Source of the DNA: Podarcis cretensis
Taxonomy: Eukaryota
NCBI GenBank assembly: GCA_951804945.1
Contig: OX638153.1
Span: 76,570,001-76,634,000, forward strand
Direction of reading: 5' to 3'
DNA length: 64,000 bases
Positions 11,894-24,375 of this stretch are shown in pieces. The notes below the pieces were generated by a model. The model made no database searches. It was not told the DNA's origin and worked only from the letters and a program-made list of their open reading frames with translations. The stretch's first letter is position 1, and the number at the start of each line of letters is the position of its first letter. The position numbers and the translations under genes were made by a program.

Positions 11894-14800
11894 CGGGAAG
11901 AGTGAAGTGGACATAGGATTGCAGCAGCGTCAGTGTGATGCAATAGTTTACTAGTTTACTCCCAAGTAAACGTCGTTGGACACAGCGGGATTTACGTTTC
12001 ACTAAAAGTAGTTAGGATCACACTCTTAGAGGAGAGTGTTTAACTACAACTGGGCTTAACAATGAAAGCATCTGATAACTCTCCTTTTTTAGGACTGCAG
12101 TCCTAAATTAATAGGTTTAAATCCTATTTATTTAGCTTGTGGGCAACCTTCAGAGCAGACTTCAGGGGCGATCCTAGCCCCATTTACCTGGGAGCAAGTC
12201 CATTAACAACTTATGAGTGGACGTGGCTACGTTTGTGCTGTTAATCTGCTAAGGGCCTGTTTCAGAAACTTTATGTTTGAAAGTTGGAACATATAACTAA
12301 ACACCAGCGATGCTTATTCCACAGCACCTCTTCCATCCTGGAACTGCCTTATGCCAGGATTCCATCCAAAGGAAACATTTTTCTCTCTTTTTTTTTTTTA
12401 AAAAAAAAGACAAATAATTAATGTTAGTGGCCATCGCTGATATCCACGTTGGCCACCCAATGTTAAGAGAATGTTAAGAGAGGAAGTAATTTCTTATAAA
12501 CTACCTATCTATTATAATGGAAATATCTACGGCTTCCCTGCCTCCCACCCCTCAATTTAAGTAAGAATCTTATTGGCATTTCCATAAGTTCTCCACGAGT
12601 ATAAAAGCCATATAATGGGAACAAGGTGAGAAAGCTGTTCAGCCTTGTTTCACCAAGAAAAGGTCGTAAGTCAGGCAATTGGTGTCTGACCTGTCAGGAG
12701 AAGGTATAAAGGCTTCTTTCATTCAGTCGCTCACAATTTTCTCAGCTCTCACAAAAGTGTTTTTATTATTCTGTTTTCTTACCTCGTCCCTTAATTAAAA
12801 AGCTGAATGATTAGAATAGCACCTGCATAATGTCTGGACCACGGCTGCATACTAATTCGAGAGGCTTTACATCTCGTAATTATAACATAAAATCAGAGAT
12901 TGAATAAAACAGAAGGATTGTGCCCCTAAAGCCCTGCTAATCCCCTTTAAAAGAGTCTGCTGAAATAATTCAGAACACTTTCCGGAAGTTGGATTACCGA
13001 CTCCCTTTTTAACTTTGCATAATGAAATGATATTTCACACTTAAAGGAGTGTCTGAATTTTTACAACTGTTTTCCCCCCTCTTAAATTGGACCGTTTCCT
13101 GGACGATTAAAAAAATAATCTGAGGTACTCCCTATCCCCAATCAAACGTTGTTGTTTTTCTTTTGTGTGCTTGTGTAACACCCACCCACACCCACACACC
13201 ACCACCAACATTTTCAAGTTTAGGAAAATACAAGCAGTTGTAGTAGAGACCAGATTTATCAGGATGTTTAGCAGCAAAGCTAAAGCTATTGCTAAGGGAG
13301 AGAATAAAATTGTCACGGGCTACCTGGAGATATATTGTTCTAGCCATATCAATAAATAAATATGCTAAAGAGTGCTGTAATATCTTCAAACTCGACACTT
13401 GTGAATAGATACGGAGTCAATAAAACAATAGCACTATGTTGCATGGCTACATTTCCCCCCTCTTAAGTAGCTCAGTTGAGATTAATGTGATTGATTCAGA
13501 GAAGGTGGGTTGTGGGGTTGTTTTCGACGTTTCAGTGAAGAACAACTTCACCTAAGCCTTGAGGTAGTCAGTTTTAAAGAGGAATAATATAAAAGGTTGG
13601 CTTATTATGTGAAAGCATCTGAGAACTCTGCCACCATTCAGTCAGACGAGAGTAAGTGTATTTAAACCGACTGAGCCACACCGAAGGCCAATGAAACAGG
13701 TAATAAATGAAGCCCCTCGCTTAACTGGGCTGTGGATCGAGGTCCCCAACACTGCAAAACATACAGAGAGAAAAGGGACAAAAATATTGGGAGAGAATGT
13801 AGAAAGTCCTCACGGTTAAATAGAAATCTTTTTAAAAAATGTATATACGTAACTAAAAAGTGATCAGGTTTCTTTCAAGAAGGGAAGGAGACGTTGGATC
13901 ATTCAACAATTTTCCAAATTTATGCATTGATCAAGAGGTTTCTTCCACTCCCATGTTTAGGAAACGTCACATGAAATATTTTGAATCCATTCCCCCCCCC
14001 CCAAGAACTTGCTAGAAATTTTGCACGTTCTGCAATCTTCATCGATTTATTTGCTCTTAAGAGGAAGAAAGATGTGCAGAAACAGTTTTAAAAAGTAAGC
14101 CTACCTTCTTCAAACTGCATTTTGAATGCTACTGACGTAGCAGTGGCGAAGGGATTCAGCCAAGGTTCAAAGGTTAATTTGCAAAAGAAGGAACTGCTCT
14201 TTCAATATATCATTCAGGATCTATCCGTGAAAATAAAACATTTATAATGATGCTGATAATTTTTACATTGTTTTCACACACTCTCTCTGTGTGTTTTTTA
14301 AAAAGAACTAATTACCACATACTATAGCTGCACAATTCTCGAACTTTCTTTAGTTCCTGAACATGCATAGAAAGAAAGGAAACATTTTGCCCCTTTGCAA
14401 AGGTTGCAGCAGTTCTTTTGAATAAACAAGTAAGAAGAAGGGAATAAAAAAATTCCGATGATGTATCATTTCTGCATCCTATCTCTATGGAATAGGGATT
14501 ATATTATATCAAAATTCTTTTCTATCAAAAGAAGACTTACTCTTTGGTTAAGAGGTTGCATGAGGCTCAAAGGAAGAACGTGCTTTAAATAGGTGTGTGC
14601 CTGCCTCCAAGCATTTTCGCCTTCATTTGGAAATCACCATTCTCAGAAGGTAACCTAAAATAATGTGAGTGTAAGCAAATGAACATAGACCCAGATAACA
14701 TGCTGGGATTTAAGTGAAACTGGGGATATTTCTGGTGCGCATGAGAAAAGTGGGGAGTGAAAGCAGGAGAGGACACTCGATCACCTTTAATTCCCTAATT

Positions 14801-17259
14801 TTACTCTGGTTTCTATTACTTCTTCCTTTGGTTATGACGCCAACAGCAGGACTGATGTACGTGGGAACGCCACGATGCTAAGTTCACGCGACTGTGTGCA
14901 CCGGTTGTAGCGTGTATCTATCTGACCTGTAATACCCAGTCATCTCATTGGACCCACCCTTTGAGCACATTACATGAAATCCAGCCTAGGCTTGCCTCCC
15001 AAATTCTTATGTGTGTGTGCTTAGCGGTCAGTACCACTTAGAAAGTTAAGCGTTAAGGTTTCAAATCTCTCTGTTCTCATCGACATAATGGAATACTCTG
15101 GCTCTCAGAGTGCCTAGTCAGCATAGACGACATTGCCCCTCGTTTCCATTTGGTGTAGCTCGCTACTGGATGTGAATATACCGGGCTTGAAAATGCGTAA
15201 AACACAATCCACCGGAGGTGCCTCTTGTGCAAGCCCCATTGAATTGTATGGGAAGCAGGCAAGACGACGAGAGGGTACTCCTTCACTCCGTAGTGACACG
15301 ACTATGGCCTGTGACCCATCAACCCCTGGTAGATTTCAAGAGTTGTTTCGAACAAAGATTTCAGGAGAGCAATTCATGGAAGTTATGTTGTATGCCTGCA
15401 AACGAACATGGCATTAATTTCTCTGGATCTCCACGTAACACACTATACATACATCGTTTCTTCGAACAGCGCAGGGAACATTTAGCACAAAGTCAACTTA
15501 AATCGTGGCTCTCAACCTCTAACCCCAAAGTGTCCATTGTGTTCCTCCTGGCAAAACTTTCATTTCTGAAATATTCCTGGTCCTTTACTCGGAAAGCGGA
15601 AATGTCTTTCCAGGAACTGGATCAAGACCCGAGGGCCAGCTTCCGCCTGATATTCCCTGACACTACCTTCGAATCTAACCGTCTCTACGCGAGAAGCCGG
15701 GCGGCGAGGGCGGATCATCACCACCCCCCGGGTCATATACTTCTAGAGAGAAGCGCGGGCCATTCGTTTTTATGGGCATTCAATTAAAGGAGGTTGCAAA
15801 GACCCCGAAGGTCCTTTCTTCTTCTGCCTGCCCCCCCCCCCAGACCCTCTCCCTTGTATAGTGTGCCTGGGCGGAAACGGGGCTCGGCCGTCCTGATTCA
15901 TATTTCTAATCTTCATTTCCTAAAGATACAAATGGCCTTTTGTGAAATGAATGGTCTTTAATTAATGCGTCCGCACAATGCAGGGGCTTGCATGGGGATC
16001 GATGCTAGAAAGCAACAGGGGAGGAAGCCATCAGAAATGGATTGTCAGCATTAAAGGAAGAAAAAGGCAGCAGCGTCTATAGAAAGAGCAGGGAAGCCTG
16101 CCCACACGTCTCTCCCCATGTTGTCCGAGGGAACCTTCCATGTCTTGCTGACTACAGCCGAGTGTAATGATGATTACAGGGCTTCTGTCTGCGATTAGGG
16201 GCCATATAACTCTTGGCTTTAATAGTCACCGACTCTCCAGCGTTGGGTTGGGGTTAGGGGGCGTTGTTTTGTTTTGTTTTTGTCGTCGTGCTTCCTACTC
16301 GCCAACCTTGCCGTCTGTAGAACAACCCACATTCCCCTCACTTCCTTGAACTCCTTTCCCACGTTCCACTAACCTGGTCTTCCTCTACCCCACCTTGGTC
16401 ATATAGTTCGGCTTCTCTGTAGATGCATAGTAACGGGCCGGTTGTGAAGAATGCAAGCAAGGAGTGTGAGGAACACAACTAAGGTGGGATAGAAGCTAGA
16501 GAGTAGAACAGGGGGACTTGCTTCCGAACACGCATAGGACTGGGCAGTCAACCAATCGCCCTGTCCCAGCTTTACTCAGATCTAAGCACCGTTTGTATAA
16601 GCACACCTTCTTTCCCAGCATAAAGGAAGTGCTACAGACGCTAGCCATCACACACATTGACTTGGGTGTGAGTCTCGCTGATTTTAGTGACCTGTCCTTC
16701 TTTAGTGAATGACAGTCCGATCCTATATATAGCTTGCTTGCTCCAACTGATTTCGACGGGACTTACTGTCGAGTGAGCGCGCATAGGATTCCGGTCTTGC
16801 ACTGATAATATTTCCAAGCAGGAGAAAGGCAAATCAGCGACTTGCACAATGCGCATGTGCAGCAAAACGCAGTAGTAGGCATAGACAGCTAGCAGCGTTC
16901 GATAGATAGATATATACAGTTGTGGGAAGGCGGAGAAATTTGAGGGGACTCATTATGGACTATTCACATTGAAAAAGGGATTGATTACTATCTGCCAGTG
17001 AACTAACTTCTTAAAAACAAGACAATCCCACCCCCGCAGTTCTGGAAATATTTATAAAAACAAAACACTAGTGTAGTAGAAAGCAGATATTATTTTCCTG
17101 CGCCAAACCATTTCTTGGGCACCATAGCTTTCCAACCCTAACTTGAGAGAATCGTTTATCATTTTCAAGGGGCATTGTTGAAACCACAACGGATACTTGA
17201 TTTTCAAAGAATCAGATGGAAGGGGGAGGAGAGAAGAGAGAAAAGTAAAGACGAATTTA

Positions 17260-20200
17260 ATCACAAAGAAGCAAGTTTTATTTTTCTCATGGAGGGCTTT
17301 ATTTTAAAAGTACAAATTATTTCTCCATAAGATTGAGTTTTCAGATAGCAATGATGTTTTCATCCAATATTCGTTTTTTTTATTTATTTAAAAATCCATA
17401 ACATGTCCATAATATTCCAACAACAATAATTGCCATTACATCGCATTAGAAACCGACCCAAATTATACATGGTTGCTGCGTAGAATTGATTTTTCCTTTT
17501 GCTGTTTAGTGTACAAGTGATAGGAGGGGATTGTTAAAAAAAACCTTTCAGAAATAGCACGGTAGGGCGAAAAATAAAACATTTTAATTCATCTTTATAA
17601 AAAGAAGCACCGAAGCTTCGTAAATATTTAAAGATACAATAACACTACGCAGAATTTGTACAAATATCCTTTTCAAATAAAGAAACATTAAAACCCTGGG
17701 GGAAAACTGCATCTATTGGTAGATTGGAAACTGAATTTGGATTATAATCTTCCTTGTAAACGACACATGATTTTGAAATCAGTTTTTAAAAAAATGAGAT
17801 ACCCTTATCTACTGAAGTTCCTGTATTGAATCGTGAGGAATCATCCATTGTGTGTTTCCTTACCCATTCATCCTAGAAGATGTAACCTGAAATTTGGAAA
17901 GTACCTAGGAGAACGTCTCCCCCCCGGTTTTTTTAACCTATGCAGAAGTAAGTGATTTACATTTACTCCCGGGTAAATGTGTATCTGATTGCAGCCTTAC
18001 AGCTCAATCCTCGTTTATCCGCAAGTCCCACTGTTTTCAATGGGGCTTACTCCCATGAAAGCGTCATTAGGAGTCATCCTTACTCCGCTATCTTTTCCCA
18101 CACCCCCTTTTAAGAATGATACCAACGCCACGATTTTTCTCTCCCCATCCACACTCCGTTTTGCTGAAGTCTCAACTTTTGGAGATCTCAAAAACTTTCT
18201 CACTATTTTGTGACATTTTTGTTGGCCTAATAAAAGTATTGCCCTAATACTATGGTGTGGGTAGGTGGGAGTTGCGTTGCGTTTCTTCTTTTGTCTATAT
18301 TTTTCATTCTGATTAAGGCAAGTGCTATTTAAACCTCAATCCTGAATAAATGCCTAAATTTAAGATGAATCTCACTTATTTCAAAGAAGCTTATTACTTC
18401 AGAAATTGTTTAGGACCACAGACTAGAGTTCCGCTGGAAACATTTCAAAACTAACCACGATACATAGAAGTCATTATTATTTATTTCACTAGGACTTATT
18501 TCACATATGGATTGGAACTGATGATGTACAATTGGTTTAAACGACAAATCCTTCTGCTAACTGAGGTATGGACTGGGTGTCTGCGAATTACACTTCCTAA
18601 GACGGCCTCCATAATGCAAGGCCCAGTATCTTCCAATAAACAGGCACCAGCTCTTCTTTCCTCAACCTCTGAGCCAACAAAAACTTACTGGGATCACTGC
18701 CAATAGTTTACACTCAGCACTTGGCTGCGACAAAAGAGGGCCCAACAACGATGCTACCATTTCATGGGGACCCAAAACTACCAGTGTGGCAGAAATGCTA
18801 AAGTGGTGAGCAGTGTATTCTCCAAGCCACTATCTCATTCCCAAAGACATCTATGGACTCTTGAGTTTGGTGTTGTTTTCTCCTCCCAATTGAGAGTACC
18901 AAGTTGCGGAGTGGGATGCTGTTACTTTTCTTTCCACTCGCTGACAATAAAACATTGAGACATATGGAAGCCATCGCTTTGAAGGCGTAACCATTTTAGT
19001 GCACTGCAGTAGAGAAACGTGCTTTTTAATAGGTAGTCTCAGCATTAACAGGAGCCGAGCCTGCAATAAAGGCATGTACGAGCTGTTGCATTCTTTATAC
19101 TGGGATAATGGGAGGGTAGCGAGGTTCAGCAGCTACAGACTTCGTGTTCATGGATGGCGTTCGTAGGAAGTTGGGTTTTGTGCAAAGAACAAAGGCTTGG
19201 GCAGAATTCAAGCAAATGAGTTCGGAATAGAAGATCCAGTCGGGCAGTTCCTCTGGGGCTGAGAAGTTCGGAAAGCAGAAGGGATCCTCTCTCGCTCTCG
19301 TTCTCCACCCCCCTCTCGTTTCCCCCTCCCACCCTCCCCACCCTAGAGCTACACGCCCCCCTCGACCTACAGAGAGACAGACATAGGCAGACAGACGTAG
19401 GTAGATGTATGTATCTGATTGTATACTGGGACATTTTCTGTCTCCATCCCAACGTTATCTTTTAAGAAGTTTGGTTCCATCTCTTTAGAAACGGTCCCAG
19501 CTAACGGGGCAGAGGGAGTTTGACAGAGGGGAGAACAAATCGCTGACAAAGAACCTTTTTACGTTTCATCAGCGTTGTTAGGGCGACGAGGAGGAATTTC
19601 TCAGATAATAACTCCCACTTCAAAGATTTTTCAGCTCAATAGAAATTGGACCATCCTTTTTTATTCAGCCACAAGGGCTAGCACTAAAGACGACTCGACT
19701 GTTTGAATTTTTTTTTTTGTTCGGCGTGTTTATTTTTCCCCTATTCACTGGGGTACTTGGATAAAATAAACAAGAAGACAATTACTGGAACATGGACTTC
19801 TAACTTTCCCGGGACCATGGCCCATCGCCCGTGGCCTCAGACTTGGGAGTGTCAACTTCTGTAGCCCTGGAAGGCATTAAACCCTAATTTCTTGGGACAT
19901 GGTTTTTGCCACACACCTAGGATCTAGTCCTTGTTTGTTTCCGTGAAAGAGTCAAGAAATTCAGAAGATTCCTCAGTCTTTGTTCTGGAAATGGCATCCC
20001 TTTCTATTTCAGTCTCTATCTTCAGCAGTGTGTGTGTGTGGATGTGACTGTGTGTGTTTACAAAGAAGGAAATAGTGTCAAAAAGCAACTTAAAGCCGCA
20101 GCATTCAGCAAGGAGCTAGACCCTAAGGAGGATGGAGTCAGACATAGAAATATCGAAATGTTATTTGCAAAGCAAAGATCAGCAAATGTATACATTTATG

Positions 20201-21114
20201 AATAAGAATATTGACACCAACCACTGTTTGGACCGTACTTGTAGGATGTCTTAGTTAAGGCTTGGGGCGTGGAGACAAGAGTTTTGTGAGCTCACTAGTA
20301 AACAAAACTGGTCCACTACTGACTTGCTCCTGAGCAGTCCTATTCTAGCCAGGTGGGCTGCTTTGAACAAAAGTGGGTCCTCTACTATTGAGTCCCAGCC
20401 CCAGATTTCCATGGTGCAAAATTTCACTCGGCACTGGTAGCTCTTATAAAACCGCCTCGCCCCCCCCCCGCCCGCCCCTACTTCTGTTTCTTAATCGCAG
20501 AGATCCAAGATGCTGCAACAAAAGTCCTCCTTAGAGAGTAAGCCAGCAAAGCAAGCCAAAGGGGACGAGATGGAGGAAGTCCATCTCTGAGGAAGAGCAG
20601 ATTGAATGTATTAAGCTAGCATGAAACCAAAGGTCAGTGCAAATGTATCTTAATAGACTGTCTCGAATGGAGTGTGCCTCCTTTTCAAGGGCGCTTGCTA
20701 TTGCTCTGCTCATTACCATAGCGATCCTAACGTGGCATGTTGATGCACCATAAAGCTCACACTTTCAACCCCCACCCTCCAACCAAAAAAAATAAAATAA
20801 AAATCAGAGCCTTTGAACAAGGCCGGGCTTGATTAGACCTTTCTCCTTTTCTTTTCCCTCCTTCAAACCCATTTCCTCGCCTTTAGAAAAGTCGCCATCA
20901 AATCCCAAAGGCCGTCTCTGATCATGGCCCAGAAGGAGAGAAACAAAAGTGAACTGGCGGACGGCGATTCAGGCGGCCCCCTTTTTCTTCCTGACATTAT
21001 TATCCATTCTGATTATGGGCTGGAACAAGGACCCCCATTCGCGTGGGGGTTTTCTTGCCCCGGAAATTCGGAGGGAAAATATGCATACTCCACGTCCATC
21101 ACGAACACAACATA

Positions 21115-21161
<47 letters not shown>

Positions 21162-21508
21162 TGTGGTTTTGGCACTGTTGGGGTGTTTTCTGTTTTTATA
21201 TATATATATACATCGGTGAGGATGGGAGAAAGAAACTGAGCCGCGAGGGGATGGGGAGAAAGAGAGAGAATCTGTTAGACCTAAATATTATGTCCTTCAT
21301 GAAAAGACTGGACGGGCCCCAGACTTCGCTTTTCACTCTTTTTAAGTATGACTTGCCTATTGCTATAGAAATCTTAACTCACCATGAAGATTCACCGTTG
21401 CGAAGAAATACTTTCATTGTGAGAGACTGCTTTGATGTCTAAGGCATAAGATGCGGGGCTTTTCAGCTGCCTCTGTCTAGATTACCTTGAGAGCAACGGG
21501 ATAGACAT
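17260..21508 (-). other. ZIC4: Putative distal terminal (3'UTR) exon of ZIC4
   Basis: Strong acceptor ggctaatcacctttaatttttcatttgcttgttacag|ATGTC with a branch-point-like CTAAT about 30 nt upstream. The first base A completes TG|A after the donor at 24039. Two AATAAA signals on the - strand (17303-17298, 17282-17277) are followed by U/GU-rich sequence. The 3' end is approximate. Confidence 0.6.
21118..21160. repeat. (GT)n microsatellite within the putative ZIC4 distal 3'UTR
   Basis: Read directly. Confidence 0.95.
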
Positions 21509-23224
21509 CTGTAACAAGCAAATGAAAAATTAAAGGTGATTAGCCTACACATCCAAAAACCGCTTCTGCAAAGAAAGAAATCAAGAAGAAAAGGGAGAGG
21601 GAGGAGGAGGGCCGAGGGACGGAGCCGGGAGGGGGCAACCCAACTCCAGACAAGGTGGAAGCATCTTTCGCAGATGGCCTCCATCCATCCATCTCTACCT
21701 TCTCATTTCCACGACGGCTCCACTAGATCAGAGGGAGTAAACGAGCAGCAGCAGTAGTGGCAACGAATATCTTGTTTTAATTTTTATCCCGAGAATCGGG
21801 ACGGGATGGTTATTTCTTTGTTTGCTATGTTTCGTCCATTTAACTCGGCGATCTATTAAGGATCTCTCGCTGAGGCAGTGAGAAGGAATGGGGAACCAAG
21901 TCATGCACATTGTTCAAAAGGTAGATAGGTGATAGATGGATTGATACCCAGATAGGTAGACTTTCTTCTATTTATTTTATTTTTTAAATTTAATGTGAAT
22001 GCCTGAATGACATCAACCGCTCCATCTTCAGACGTAAGTACCACGGTGTTCACACTTCACTGGGATGTCCCAATGAACTCAGTGGAACTTACTTCCGAGT
22101 AAATAAGCATATGGTCCTGCTGCACAAGGAAGATAGAGAGAAAGAAAGAGTTCAGAAATGTGGGAATGTTAAGGAAGGTAGGAGAGGATATATTGTTTTG
22201 ATATTATCCCTCCTCACTCACGCTCAGAGCACATTCCCTTTGGAGCCACATTCCCCTGTGTGTCCATTCTAGGCAACAGGAAAATGTTGTACTTAACTGC
22301 TCTAGTAATAATACCTCCCACAAGAAACAATAAATTTCTGTTGGTGGTGGTGTGTGCATGGCTAACCCAAAGACTGGGCTGGACGTTTTGCTTCACTCTC
22401 CTTCACTGAACTGAAGGAAATGGCTTTGTAGAAGTGTTTTGGCTAAGATCTTAGAGCGCCTACAGACAAATGGGCCTTTCCATAGTTTAAAAATCGATTA
22501 GAATGAACCACGCCCCCTCCCTCATTCCTAAATATACTGCCTATAAATAAGTTTCATTGAAGTATATGGGTCTTACTACAAAGTGATGCGTTTAGGAGCT
22601 ACAATCAGTAAATGAAATCCATATAATAATATTTCCACAAGCATCCCCCCCCGTCTGGGGAATTCGCTAGTGACAAGGACTCACATAGGGCTGATAAGAA
22701 TCATATAGCTTTAAAGACCCCGACATATGTTCAAGATTTTAAAACCATTTTATTTTTACCTTTACAAAAAATAATAATTAATATTTCGAATTGTTATTTT
22801 ACATAACTACTGTTGTGCGTTTGAAAACCAGACCACCACTGGGTTTACACCACGGGTTCAGAAAAAATCGACACGTCGTGGATCCTTTTGGACAATCCAA
22901 GCAACTCAACACAATTACGTCACTCATAACAACTCCCCCCCCCCTTCTCTCCAATTAACATGGATCTCACCTTCCATCCACTAAGGAATCACAAGAACTC
23001 ACAATTCAACAGAAATAATGCGAGGGAGGGGGAAGAGAAAAGGAGAATATGTTTATGCATTTAAATCCATTACTAGTGTAAATTAAAATGTACCATAAAT
23101 CATTAAGCCACCCTTGGGTCTGTTTTATTAGTGACAAGTGGGAAGAATATACTGGTGAAAAGGGGGCAGTAAAGAGATTCCCCCACCCCCCGAAAAAAAA
23201 CGTCAACTGAACTGGTAAATTAAT

Positions 23225-23245
23225 CAAAGTATTTAATTGATCGAT
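23225..23245 (-). terminator. Candidate proximal poly(A) signal for long-form ZIC4
   Basis: ATTAAA on the - strand at 23237-23232, preceded by TGTA and AU-rich sequence, about 690 nt after the TAA stop. Confidence 0.4.
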
Positions 23246-23923
23246 TTGTTGTACAGTTCGGTAACAAATAATATATTTATAGATACTGATGTTCCTTTTT
23301 GGGAGAAAAAAAGCACACGCACACAGCCCCCCACCCCCGCCAAGAAACCCAATTAAAATCCAGACACTGGGCTAATAAAACTGTCCAAGAAAAAACACCA
23401 TCACAAGATACCAGCACCGACGATCGCAGCTGTACAGCTAGAAATCCGTATTAAAACACTTTGGTTCATTGATACAAAAGGATGTTTCCATTCAAATCGA
23501 GGCCATTGTAAACGTATGGGAAGGAGTTGGTCCGCGGAGTCTGCCCTGGGAGGGTGTAAAATAAAAAGAAGAGCTCATGGAAAGAGGTGCGGGGAGGGGG
23601 AGGTGGCGGGAGGGGGGGTTGCTGTCCTCTGTGCCATAATAAATACAAAACGGGGGTGGGGGAGAGAGGGAGGAGGTTTGTCCACCCCCCCCCAGTGTAT
23701 CTTCTCTCCGATAGCCTGTGCAGCATTTCTGATCGAAGGTGACTGACTGGGGGAAGAGGGAAGAGGCTGGGGAGGGGGAGGCCTGGGATCGATTTCCGCC
23801 CCTCCCCCAAGAACCGGGCCTTGCCGACCCGCCGTTCGTCCAGTGTGAGCCAAGGATCCACAGCACCCCGAAAAGAACAATGCAGTCTCGCCGCCGCCGG
23901 CGGGCCATCCTACCGTATTGACT

Positions 23924-24375
23924 TTAATAAGTGGGCCGGGGCTCGCAGTTCGTGTAAGCGGCCTCTCCCGGGTGAGGTGACGGAGAGTTACTGGGTGGAG
24001 TCGGGATGCCGCTGGCCCCTGAGCTCTGACACACGTACCATTCGCTCAGGTTGGCTGCCGCCTGGGTGGAGGAAGCCGCTGCGGGAGGCGGTGGCGGCGG
24101 CGGCGGCGGCTGAGGGGGCTCCCGGCCGCAGTCCGACGACGGCGACACCAGCGACGGGGTGGACGACTCGTAGCCCGAGCTGGGAGGTGGGGACTTGCAG
24201 TGGACTTTCATGTGCTTCCGCAAGGAGCTGGGGTGCGTGTAGGACTTGTCACAGCCTCTCACTTTGCAGTTGTAGGGCTTGTCGCTCGTGTGCACGTGGG
24301 AATGCTTCTTCCTGTCGCTGCTGTTGGCGAAGCGGCGCTCGCAGCCCTCGAACTCGCATTTGAAGGGCTTCTCGC
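23924..24375 (-). CDS. ZIC4: ZIC4 coding exon with zinc fingers 4-5 and C-terminus (long form ends ...NLSEWYVC...EPRPTY*)
   Basis: Acceptor ctcttttccttgcag|GC GAG AAG. The ZIC4/5-type signature [37 protein letters not shown] continues without an intron into [26 protein letters not shown] at 23926-23924. Long-form CDS is 1647 nt, 548 aa. Confidence 0.95.
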
